Shown here in pieces: positions 52,701-64,000 of a stretch of 64,000 nt of DNA. A program made the position numbers and the translations under genes. The notes beneath the pieces were generated by a model. The model was not told the origin of the DNA. It worked only from the letters and a program-made list of their open reading frames with translations, and did no database searches. The DNA is from Paragordius varius (taxonomy: Eukaryota; Animalia; Nematomorpha), in the NCBI GenBank assembly GCA_964247055.1, contig OZ176053.1:5146001-5210000 (forward strand). Direction: 5' to 3'. Position 1 is the first letter of the stretch. Each line of letters starts with the position of its first letter.

Positions 52701-54307
52701 TTTTTAATAATAATTAATAAATGCTAATGCTCATTCTTAATAATTATAAAAATTAAATTTTGTTGCACTTCAAGAGAATAATAGTATATGATTGATACAT
52801 GGTTTGATTGATAAAATGTCGGAACAAAATAAATATTATCAAGGACCAACTTGAACTATTTAAAGTCTAACTTGACGTGTTCAAGGTCCAACTTGAAGTG
52901 TCAAATCACACTCTTGAAGCGGAAATGGCATATAAAAATTGTTAATTTGAGATTATCGAATCAATTTTTTTTATTTAATTTATTAAAAGTTAGACCTGTG
53001 TGCCCCAAATCGAAAGAATTATAAGACTGATACATTCTTCAACCAATATAAATATATTTTACTGGCTCCCTGTTACATGCGGATGTTAATTTGGAATTTG
53101 TGTTTTTGAAATATTTTTTTAGCAAATTGTATAAAAATAATAGTTCAAATATCTATAAAAATATGGGCCTCAATTTTACCTGGTTTTTCCTTCGCGTACT
53201 AGTTTTTAAAACCAATATAATAAATTGATTAATTTATTAATTGTGTCATATAAAAGCACTTAAACTAACTTTTTTAATTATATGATGCCAAACGTTTCCC
53301 ATATCGGGAGAATTCGCAAAGATATGGGCCTACCCTATCGGTAATTTAAGGAAGAACTCTACTTTAATCTTCCCCTTTATAACATAATCAATTAGGTCCA
53401 TCATAAAAATTATATTGTCCTACTTTCGAAATTTGATTTTAGGAAAGAAACTTAGATGTTTCATAAAACGTGATCATACTTCTCCAAGGAGTAGGGATAA
53501 ACAAGGAGTTAATTTATAACGGTGGTTTTACCGTTATCGGAAATGAATTTAAAGGCTACACTTTTCCTGCAAAATCTTCTCAAAGTCTCGGTTTAAAATA
53601 GCGTTAAATTATGGGACAAAAACGTACCATCAATAAATTCATCACTATTATGTTTTAGCTTTCGTTTTTTCTGAAAAAAGCGCTACTTTAGTAGAGCTAA
53701 ATGCATGGGATATAAAGAAGTGTATCAATTCTGTGGACAATATATTTATGTATATATTCGGATAGATAAATGCATTATGATTTTCAGTGTTTTGGGCCTT
53801 ACGAGTGATATAAGAATATTATACCGAACCAAATCATGAAATGCCAAAATCTGTGCACATATTGTTAAATAAGATTTTTTTCTTCAAAAATATTAATAAA
53901 ATATTTCAATCTATAAATAATAAAAAGCAGAACAATATTTTTATAAAATATAACTTTTAGATGTAGGCTCCGAAAGTGTTAATTTTTTGGACTCAAGTTA
54001 AAATAAACCAAAATTGCCGACATGCGACAAAAATTATAAATATATGCTGAATTTCACATCAAAAAAGTTTTTTTCCGAAAAATATGTATTTGATTAATGA
54101 GAAAGTTTTAAATTCGATGATGCTAAACATATCTACCACCCACTTTTTATTGAAAGATCCGTTTGTCCACAAATATAAGATATATATATATGTATATCAT
54201 ATATATGTTGTGTTTTTAACAAAAATCATTTGATTCGAAGTTAAAGACATTTTGAAATCAAGATATCTGATGTGATAGAAATGTTTAGCATAGTCGAATT
54301 ATATTTA

Positions 54308-54604
54308 CCATTTACAGTTTGAATTCACCCTCGAACAATTCAAATTGACCCTCGAACAATTTAAATTTACCCAAATAAATTATGGGATTTAGGCTTAAAA
54401 ATTACCTGTATTTTTTATATTTTTAAAAAAAAATTGTTCAAGTCAAAATAATACTGATAAAATATGAACTATGCCATAAGAATTTATTTACAAATAATCA
54501 GTTATATTAGCCCGAAAACAGATAATTTTTTTAGGGTGAATTTTAATTGTTCACGGGGGAAAGAATTTGAATTGTTTAAGGTGAATTTGAATTGTTTAAA
54601 ATGG
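54308..54604. mobile_element. MITE family B
   Basis: TA|CCATTTACAGTTTGAATTCACCCTCGAACAATTCAAATTGACCCTCGAACAAT ... GGGTGAATTT..GAATTTGAATTGTTTAAAATGG. Confidence 0.75.
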
Positions 54605-55996
54605 TTGAGTGGTTAAAAAACAAAAAGACAATTTGAGTTGTGATTTTAAAATATCTTAAAGTGTTTTTATATTCTTTTACTGTGAAAAGCCCGCTTCACA
54701 GAATTTTTTTTCTATCAATTAAATAAAAAAATCATTTCTTATATAAAAATTATCACATATTTAAAATTTTTATCGCGCAACCCTTTCGCCTTTATTTTAA
54801 TTAAACAACTCTATTAAAAAGGATACCAAAAATAAAGATTTACGGAGGCCACATCAAAAAAATAAAATATCATAATTCTTAACTTTTTAAATATAGTTTT
54901 AAATAATTAAGGATATTTTTGGATGAAGCATATAACTTTCACCAAAATATTGTATTTACCATGTTTTGGGAAAATTTTTATATTTTTCGAAGTGGAACAA
55001 GTACCACAACAATTTCATATGCAACTTGCAAGGCCCGAAACCAAAGGAACCATGAAAATCCTGAGACATTTGTCTAGCAGAATATATGGTTTCTAACCGG
55101 AACCGCAACCTGTTCCTGAAATTCTAACAGAAACCCCTTCCTGGATCCAACAAGGTTCGGCGACACATTTCAAATTCTGTAAAACCAGCCCGGTTCCGGT
55201 TCCATTAATGAAAATATCGATTTAATCGAAATGTTCAGCATCATCGAATTGCATAAAAAGTGTTATCATATCACATTACAAACACATTTTGAAAAATAAA
55301 AATCAACACCAAATATTTTTCAGGAATATTTATTTCATCAATATAAAACTGGCAAATATAATATAGTAATATATGGTAATATATTTAATTAACTTTTATT
55401 TGATTTTTTGGAATTAGCGATATTAAATCATATTATATCACTGTTTAATTCAATTTAAAATAGATTTTATTTAAATCTTTTACAAAACTCTTAACAAAAT
55501 TTAGTGTTATATGACACTTTTTTATATAAATACTTAACCCTGAGAACCTAATTTTAATCAACTTTCATAAAAGTTACGAATCTCAATATTTATCCGTTGA
55601 TAATATTAAAAAGGTAATGACTAAAAAAATAAATAAAATAGAAATTCAGAAGTTATGCAGGCCCTAAGCCTTAGAATATTAATCAATACAATATTATATA
55701 TAAATCTTATAGGGGAAGAATAATACCCCAAAAGGCTTAAGCTCGTTAGCAAATATAATAATGTTCAGAAATTAAAATTATCAAAACTGACAAAATTCCT
55801 TCTCACATTTAAATACTAAAAATTAAATTTAAATATATAACAATATTATTTTTAAAAAGTCATACCTGGATAATTTAGTTTATTTACTTTCATCATTTAT
55901 TTTATTTACCAAACATCAGCCAATTAATCAGCATAATCATTTGGCCTTGATTCAAAATTATTTTGTTGCTCATATTTTTTCGCTAACTTGATAATT

Positions 55997-56392
55997 ATGT
56001 CAGAAAACCATGAACAATCCAAAGCAGGTCATGGTGCAGCAGGTTTATTTTATATCTATATTAATAGTTAAAGTTGGAGGTATGCGGATTACGCAGCATG
56101 TGAATCCAAATCGTGAAAAACATGATAAGACTGAAGAAGTAGCCGAAGATATGAAAATGTAATATTCTTTTTATTTTAGAGCTCAGAAAGACAAGCATCT
56201 CGACATATCTGGATATCAATCTAAAGTAATGTTTATATCTAATTATAGGGTGATTTAGATTTTCCTACCGCAGCAGTTAAGGCATTCCATGATAAACCTC
56301 CACTTGCTAGCAAAGATTGTCCAAAAATTGATAAAAACACCTTTTTTGCTAAGAACTATCCGCTACAACAACCTCGTCAAATCAATCATTAA
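55997..56392 (+). CDS. DAP: Death-associated protein 1, 108 aa, 4 exons
   Basis: Exons 55997-56042, 56068-56158, 56180-56225, 56249-56392 (introns of 25, 21 and 23 nt) give MSENHEQSKAGHGAAVKVGGMRITQH...ISGYQSKGDLDFPTAAVKAFHDKP...LQQPRQINH*. Matches the DAP1 motifs KAGHPPAVKAGGMRI, GDKDFP.AA...H.KP and IQQPR. Missed by the ORF track. Confidence 0.93.
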
Positions 56393-56559
56393 ATTGTGCT
56401 AAAATTTATAAATAAAGTCATTAGCAATCTAATCAATTGATTTATTTTATTGATTATATCATAATAAATTTAATTAACAATATACGATGCATAATTTAAA
56501 ATGTTCATCTAGGCATCTAATTACTAAAAATTATTATATGATAAGTGATATTGCATAAT

Positions 56560-57553
56560 TCAATGTTTTGTAAAATCGTTTGTCTGACGCCAAGCAGCGT
56601 ATTCAACTTTTTCGGCCGGAGTACTCCCATAATAGTATTTGCCATCCTTGTATTTTAAATCTAAATTATCCACAGAACGTTCAATTGAGTTTCCAGCTTT
56701 ACGCAAACCACTTTCTATTTTATCTCCTGATGTTTTAAATCCGCTCTCAATTTTTTCACCGGCAGTTTTGAGTCCACTCCCCAATTTAGCACCTGCTGTT
56801 TTGATTCCGTCTTCTATCTTGTTTTCAACATTGCGGAATCCAGATTCGATTTTCCGTCCTATTAACATAATAAAGTATTAAATAAATTGTAAAAATATAT
56901 TTAATACCTGCGTTTTTAACAGAATCTTCGACGTTGCCAACAGCATGCTTTATCTCATGACCCCATTCATCAAATTTCTTTTCTCCTTTGGCAGCTATGC
57001 GATCAGTTTCCGTCAAAATTCGACTAACTCCACCTTTTATTTCACGACCAAATTCATCAAATTTTTTTTCGCTTTTGTAAACAAATCGATCAGTTTCATC
57101 TTTAACTTTTTCTTGCAACCGCTTATAATGTTGTGGATCATAACGTTCCTCATCTTCAATTACTTCAATAATTCTAGGCTTTGCTCTACCTTCAAATTGT
57201 TCGATTCGATTTCGATCAACATTGTAGCCACGGAAATTCCACCATTTATGTTTGTTATCATCGTAATATGGGTAGGCGGGTCCATGATAGTCTTTGTCTA
57301 AGGTTGCAAAGTATTTTTGTCGAGCAAATTCATGTCTACAGTTTGATATAGCCATTCCCATTCCTGTGCCAAAACCTAATGCAACAGGCCAAGGACGCCG
57401 ATTAAATGCGACCACAGAAAACAAAATACCAAGACCAGTTCCTGTAGCAGTTTTTAAAAGAGCGTCGGATAAACACAAATCCCATTTTAAGGCAAGTCTA
57501 TCTTCAGGGTATATCCGTGTCGTTTCTTTAATAGTTTTTTCTTCGACTACCAT
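56560..57553 (-). CDS. MICOS10: MIC10 (MICOS subunit) domain fused to a long C-terminal extension with 11-residue repeats, 314 aa
   Basis: Exons complement(56908-57553, 56560-56858) with a 49-nt phase-1 intron. N-terminus KWDLCLSDALLKTATGTGLGILFSVVAFNRRPWPVALGFGTGMGMAISNCRHEF is clearly MIC10. The symbol applies to this domain only. Confidence 0.85.
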
Positions 57554-57639
57554 ATCAAATAAATATTGGCCTGATTGACTAAAATATGTTTGTGATCAGC
57601 TGGATTTAACAAAATAGAATAATTTTACCACTGAGTTAA

Positions 57640-58187
57640 CACTTCGATTTAATTTGGGGCATCTATATACCCCAGACAATATAGAAAACTACTTAAGGAA
57701 ACGGTTCCAATTTAAATTAATGCTTTTATTCTAATAAAAGATATTTAAAAAGCCAAAATATCTAATTAAAATTAAGTTATGGAAAAAAAGTTCCGTATCA
57801 AACTGCTGGGACGACATTTCTATTTTAAACATTTTTGCTAAATTCGGATTTATTTGATTTCTAAGCCTAAAATTATTTAACTTTTTTAAAAATCACATTT
57901 AACATTGATGTAAACGGAAAAAGTGGTATATTTTGCATTATTTTTGTATTTTGCTTATGCACACATGTCATCTTGGCTAAATTTTTACATTTCAGTTTTA
58001 CCCCTGAATAAGCAATATCATGTATTTTTGAATCATTATTTTATTATATTTTTGTTAATTAATGTTATAGTAAAAACTTTCGCCATGGTTTTATTTATTC
58101 CATATTTTTGAAATATTTTTATTTAAACAAGCCTGGGGTATCTACCTACCCTATCGAAGGCCGAAATGAATGCTTTGTATCCAAGTT
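57640..58187 (-). mobile_element. piggyBac-like TTAA MITE (family C), degenerate
   Basis: TTAA|CACTTCGATTTAATTTGGGG at the left end, body antiparallel to 38736-39313, decayed TGTATCCAAGT at the right end. Confidence 0.75.
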
Positions 58188-58484
58188 TTGACCACTATTC
58201 GATAAAAAATGTCTGATGATACATCACATGACATATTTTGTGTTTTGAATGAATTTCGTTTTAACACATCGATTCAAATTGGGGTATGACCCGAAAATTT
58301 AAATTGACATTAACACTTCAATGCCTTTTTATTGTCCTGGTTTACATATTGTGACATTTTAGAGATCAGTTTTTTAAATAAACTTCGTTGGAAAGTTTTG
58401 GCCAGAATTTTATTATCAAGGGTGGGCTGATAAAAAAGTCGCACTTGACTTGTAAGCCAAGCGTGGCAAGTTGAGCAAGTTTAA

Positions 58485-59041
58485 CACTTGGATACAACAC
58501 ACTGATTTCAGTCCTTGAATTCAAATTGGGGTAGTCGGATACCCCAGGCCTGTTTAAAATCAAATACTTAAAAAGTATGGAAGGAATCGAAACCATGGCA
58601 AAATTTTGCACACCTAAATATATAAAAAAATATATTCAAACTTGATATTACTTATTTTAAGCTAAAACCGAAAGGTAAAAATTTGGTCAACGTGCCATGT
58701 GTCAAATTGTAAAATTAAGAAATAATATAAAATATACTGCTTTTTCTATTTCTCTCAATGTTAGATGTAATTTATATAAATAGTTAGCTTTAGTTTTACC
58801 CTTAAAATTAAATGAAGACGATATTTTTCAAAAATTCTGCAAAATAAAAATGGCGTCGAAGTAGTTTGAGATGGAACTTTTTTTTCAAAATAAAATTTTA
58901 TTAAGAGATTTGGCATATTTATATAGTTTTTATCAGGATAGAAGCATAAATTTAAATTGGCACCGTTTCCTTCAGTAGTTATTTAAAATATAAATTTAAA
59001 TTTAGTCTGGGGTATTTAGATACCCCATTTGAATCAAAGTG
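58485..59041 (+). mobile_element. piggyBac-like TTAA MITE (family C)
   Basis: TTAA|CACTTGGATAC...GAATCAAAGTG|TTAA. Confidence 0.88.
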
Positions 59042-59534
59042 TTAAAGCCATCTACACTTGAAGATCGGTGATAAAAAACACTTGTCAAGTCTTTTGCTTA
59101 TGAATATAACATTTTTTTGCCACCCAATTCGAATTTTACAGAAATTATTTTGATCATTTTCAGCCAAAATTTATGAAATAAGACACAAGATAAACAATTA
59201 ATGCATTTGACGTTTTTTCAAACTCACTGGCAAGTATCTTATTTAATATTATAGAATTTTTTAAATATTGAGCCTGGTAATAATTTTTAGATTGATAAAA
59301 CCATTCGCCCTTAAACCACTCTGTATTATTTTACCCTACTACTCATTTTGTTAGGAGTTCATTTGCAAAATAATGGGAAGATGTTTATACAATATAACAT
59401 AATTATTTTTAATTGATTATAAACATTACATTCGAAATAAATTTATGATGAAATAAATTCTTTACATTGGTTAATAGTGAAATAACCTTTTGCTTTTATT
59501 AAACGAAAATTTGAAGTTTTCCAATAATATTTAA

Positions 59535-60657
59535 CACTTCGATATAGTCTGGAAATTTGAATTAGGATTTTTAGTAAACTACTGAAGGAAACGGTCCGAA
59601 TTTAAATTAATGCTTCTATCCTAATAAAAATTATATAAATATGCCATAATATCTAAATAAAATTTTGTTTTGAAAAAAAAGTTGCATGTCAAACTACTTC
59701 GACTCCATTTTTATTTTACAAAATCTTTCCAAAATATAGTCCTGATTTGATTTTAAGGGTAAAATTAAAGCATATTTTTTAATTAACACTTGGATGCAAC
59801 ACATTCATTTTAGTCCTTCGATTCAAATTGGGGTAGTTAAATACCCCAGGCCTCTTTAAATTTAAATTCTTTAAAAAATATGGAAGGAATCCAAACTATG
59901 GCAAAATTTTGCACTTATATAACATAAATAAACCGAAATAAATAAAAAATTTCATTCAAAAATACTTGGTATTACTTATTTTAAGCTAAAACTGAAAGGG
60001 AAAAATTTCGTCAACGTAACATGTGTCTAATGGTTAAATTAAAAAATAATACGAAATAACCCGCTATTTCTATTTCTATCAATGTTAAATGTGATTTAAA
60101 TAAAAAATTAGCTTTCATTTTACCCTTAAAATTAAACGAAGTCGATATTTTGCAAAAATTGTGTAAAATTAAAATGGCGTCCAAGTAGTTTGACATGAAA
60201 CTTTTTTTCAAAACAAAATTTTATCAATATTTTGGAATATTTATATTTTAATTAGGATAGAAGCATAAATTTAAATTGGGACCGTTTCCTTCAGTAGTTT
60301 TTTAAAATTTTTAATTTAAATTTAGTCTGGGGTATTTATATACCCCAATTTGAATCGAAGTGTTAAATTACATCTAACATTGATAGAAATAGAAAAAGCG
60401 GTTTATTTTGGATTATTTATCAGTTTTACCATTGCACACATGTCACGTTGACTAAATATTTACCTTTCGGTTTTAGCTTAAAATAAGTAATATTAAGTAT
60501 TTTTAAATAAATGTTTTATATATTTCGGTTCATTAATGTTATATAAGTGCAAAATTTTGCCATGGTTTCGATTCCTCTTATATTTTTCAAGAAATTTAAT
60601 TTTTTATTTAACTACCCCAATTTGAATCGAAGGACTAAAATGAATGTGTTATAAGTG
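59535..60657 (-). mobile_element. piggyBac-like TTAA MITE (family C) containing another copy
   Basis: TTAA|CACTTCGAT ... AAGTG|TTAA; the two halves (59535-59782 and 60367-60657) join into one full antiparallel copy. Confidence 0.85.
59787..60362 (+). mobile_element. piggyBac-like TTAA MITE (family C) inserted into a sister copy
   Basis: TTAA|CACTTGGATGC...GAATCGAAGTG|TTAA. Confidence 0.88.
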
Positions 60658-61263
60658 TTAATTATTAATTTTAAGAAATTTTCGAGAATCCAGTTTTTTT
60701 GCGGTCACGGAATTGATATATTTAGCATATTTTTATATGCCATGTTTTTTATTAGCAGAGTTTTTCTATAAATTTATCCTCTTTTGTATCCACCCAATGA
60801 ATAGATTAATTAGCCAAAATTTATCAAATTAACAATTTATAGCATTAACAAAGGTTTAAATTAGATATTAAACCTAAATTTTATACATAAATAGTTTCCA
60901 AAATAATTTTATCCATATTTTTAAATCTATCAAGTGTGCCCTATACCACACTTGCAAAATCTTTAAGTTTTACTTGATCATATGATTTTTTATCACCTTA
61001 TCAAGTTTTCTTGCTTGACTTAATTGTTAAATTTTTTTTATAACATGAAAGCAATCCATGACTTGAAAAACTTGCAAGTCAAGTCTAAAAAATTTTTTTA
61101 TCACCCGACCCTATATTTTCAGTAAAGGTTAAAGACATCAAACAAGAATATTTTGTTGATATATATAATAAAAAATAATTATATTTAATTAATTTTTAAT
61201 ATCTTCGAAAGTCTCTTTGGGGCACCCTGCATTTTAAGATAATTAGTCCATTCTAAAAATAAT

Positions 61264-62290
61264 GGGTCGGGTGATAAAAAAATTTTTTTGACTTGACCTG
61301 CAAGTTTTTCAAGTGATGGTTTGCTTTCAGATAATAAAAATTTAACATTTCACCACTTAAGTCAAGCAAAACTTGATTAGGAGGTGATAAAAAATCATAT
61401 GATCAAGTAAAACTTAAAGATTTTGCAAGTCTGGTGTAGGGCACACTTGACAGATTTAAAAATATGGATAAAATTATTTTCGAAACTATTTATATATAGA
61501 ATTTAGGTTTTATATGTAATTCAAACCTTAGTTAATGCTATAAGTATAAATTGTTAATTTGATAAATTTTGGCTAATTTCTATTCATTGGGTGGATACAA
61601 AAGAGGATTACTTTATAGAAAACTGTTAGTATTTAATAACATGGCATATAAAAATATGCTAAATATATCAATTCCGTCACAGCAAAAAAATTGGATTCTC
61701 GATTTCTTAAAATTAATAATTAAATATTTATCTTGTAAAATTTCAAATCTTCGTTCATTAAAACCAAAAGGTTACGTCACTATTAACCAATGTAAAGAAT
61801 TTATTTCATCATAAATTTATTTTGAATGTAATGTTTATAATCAATCAAAAATAAATATGTTATATTGTATAAACATCTTCCCATTATATTTGCAAATGGA
61901 CTCCAAACAAAATGTAGTGTGATAAAGAAATGGAAAGTGTTTTAAGGGCGGATGGTTTCATCAATTTAATTATTACCATGCTCAATATTTAAAAAATTCT
62001 ATAATATTAAATAAGATACATGCCAGTGAGTTTGAAAAATGTCATGCATATTGTATTAATTGTTTATCTTTTTGTGCCTTATTTCATAAATTTTGGCTGA
62101 AAATGATCAAAATAATTTCTGTAAAATTCAAATCGGGTGGGAAAATAAATGTTACATTCATAAGCAAAAGACTTGACTTAAGTGTTTTTTTATCACCGTT
62201 CTTCAAGTGTACACTTACTGGCTTAAGTAAACTTTCTCAACTTGCCACGCTTGACTTACGAGTCAGCGCGACTTTTTTATCACCCCACCC
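61264..62290. mobile_element. About 1-kb TIR element (PIF/Harbinger-like, family E), intact right copy
   Basis: GGGTCGGGTGATAAAAAAA ... TTTTTTATCACCCCACCC; 3-bp direct repeat AAT on both sides; internal repeats of GGTGATAAAAAA and ACTTGAC. Superfamily inferred only from the GGG termini and 3-bp TSD. Confidence 0.75.
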
Positions 62291-63928
62291 AATATATCAA
62301 AAAAATGAATTGGTTGAAAGTCTTTAGCTTTTACGAAATATTTATTTTATGTGAGCTGCTTTTGCGTTTCCATATCAGGCAATTACCACATAAGTGATAT
62401 TGTTAGAACCATGATTCAACTTATTTTTATATGTACAATAGTTTAATTGGACAGGCATTCAAAAATTTAAAAATTTATAGGTTACTTATTCCAATTAAAG
62501 CATAATAAGTTGGGAAAATACTCAGAATTTCTTAAAATAAATTTAAAAAAAATAAAAAGTGTTGATTTTTAATAAAATATATAAAATATAATGCAAGCAA
62601 AATATCGTAATAAATATATATTGTGTTGAAAAATGCTTCCATTAGGCTTTTGGTGCAGACCAGTCATTTAAGAGAGTTTTTGTATTTTTATGATAATTCC
62701 ATATCGAAAAGTCGCAAAATTAATTCAAATAATTATTTGATGTAAAAAGGCTATAAAATTTGTTGAATAAAAGGAAAAGAATATTTATAATAAATTTAAT
62801 TATCGGGAAACCTCAAATTTTTGGAAGCGCCAAGGCGATAGGAATTATTAGCAGATGCTATTAGTATTAAACTAATATTTTTTGAAAAGGTTGAAACGGA
62901 ATAAAAATACTTAATATATTTTTTTAATTGATGCAAAGGAGGATTTTCCATTAAAATTTTGATTTAAAGATACGTGTTCAATAAAGTACGATTTGTGTTT
63001 AAAAAATTTACTTAAATTTGAAAGTCATGGATATATTGGTAAAAAGGTAGATGTTTCCACCAAAATATTTGTAAATTATATTTCAGCATTTAAATTCTGT
63101 TTTCCTTTATTATTTCGATATGGTCTCCCAAAAATTGATGTGGATATGTTAAAATACGTTTCTTATTAATTATAAACACAAAAAGTCGACGATGTATATG
63201 CTAAATTTTGCGTAAAATTTAGGTTGCTTAGAAGAGTGCTTAACAACGAAAATAACTAATGATTGATTTATTGTGAACATATATTTTATGGGGAATCTAA
63301 CCGTAAATTGTATAAAACAAGTTTGTATATTATATAAACACTATATCCAAACAATATACATTGCGCATAAAATTAAGTATAAAAAATACTTTCATGAAAT
63401 ATATATTCTGAAAGATTGTATCAGGCTTCTCGTGGTCGTTTTGGTATTAATCCTTATAGTTATAAATAAGTTATTAGCTCTTTTGTTATTACTGCTCCAC
63501 ATCTGAAAATGGCAAAATTTGGGCACAATTTTCTAAATAAAATTATTTTATTAGAAGGTGAATGCTTTATGCCAAAAAAATCAATATATCATAAATAAAC
63601 TATATATAAAAAGAAAATCAATATTTTCATAATTAGTTTTGAGTCCGACAAACTCAATGGGCCATCTATCTTAAACGCAAAATGCCGAGATTTCCCAATA
63701 AGAATTTTTGACATATGGTATTATGACAGCGAAAAATTAATTTTGAAATGCATATTTTAAAAATCTAATTTTTAGCAAAATTATGTTGAAGTGTAGTTCA
63801 TGTAATAAATAGGACAATTTTTCTACCAAAATGATGCTAAACATTTAAACCACTATTTTAATTTAAAAATTAGTTCGCTTGTATTTTCTGTCATAAATAA
63901 AATCGTTTTTCAAATAAATTAACACAAA

Positions 63929-64000
63929 TCTACATATCTATAAAAATGGAAAATGCTGACTTTGTGATCTGTTTCCAAAAAACCGGTAGGCCCATTCAAA
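63929..64000 (+). mobile_element. Helitron family 5' end, truncated by the window edge
   Basis: A|TCTACATATCTATAAAAATGGAAAATGCTGACTTTGTGATCTGTTTCC. Confidence 0.8.

Larger units (their letters stand above)
58420..61111. mobile_element. About 1-kb TIR element (PIF/Harbinger-like, family E), left copy, expanded by nested TTAA MITEs
   Basis: Ends GGGTGGGCTGATAAAAAA / TTTTTTATCACCCGACCC. With insertions removed it is the reverse complement of 61264-62290. TSD not matched. Confidence 0.75.

Noticed and set aside
56639-57578. Plus-strand ORFs 56639-56881, 56945-57301 and 57294-57578
   Set aside because: Antisense shadows of the MIC10-fusion coding sequence.
62400-63900. Scattered GC-richer patches and ORF 63273-63506
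   Set aside because: No recognisable protein motif or consistent splice chain found in any frame I examined.

Overview
Very AT-rich, intron-rich nuclear DNA from an invertebrate animal; the species cannot be identified from sequence alone. I manually spliced six protein-coding genes: a MARVEL-domain membrane protein with a His/Gly-rich N-terminal exon (-), TRAPPC8/Trs85 (+, about 33 exons, about 2,000 aa), ORC6 (-), BAP1/calypso (+), DAP1 (+), and a MIC10 domain fused to 11-mer amphipathic repeats (-). There is also one U3 snoRNA gene (-). The remainder is densely nested non-autonomous DNA transposons (Helitron, hAT with 8-bp TSDs, piggyBac-like TTAA elements, a CMC/Chapaev-like element, a Harbinger-like inverted pair, MITEs) and decayed LINE fragments. 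Most striking: at least seven GT-AG introns of only 21-25 nt are needed to restore conserved proteins. All lie within about 250 nt of a start codon, and several are at positions matching the human orthologues as I recall them. The roughly 50 introns further downstream are 34 nt to kilobases. The ORC6 and BAP1 start codons are only 41 bp apart, head-to-head. Most ORFs in the supplied track are partial exons running into introns, antisense shadows or repeat-derived noise. All protein assignments come from recalled motifs, not database searches.
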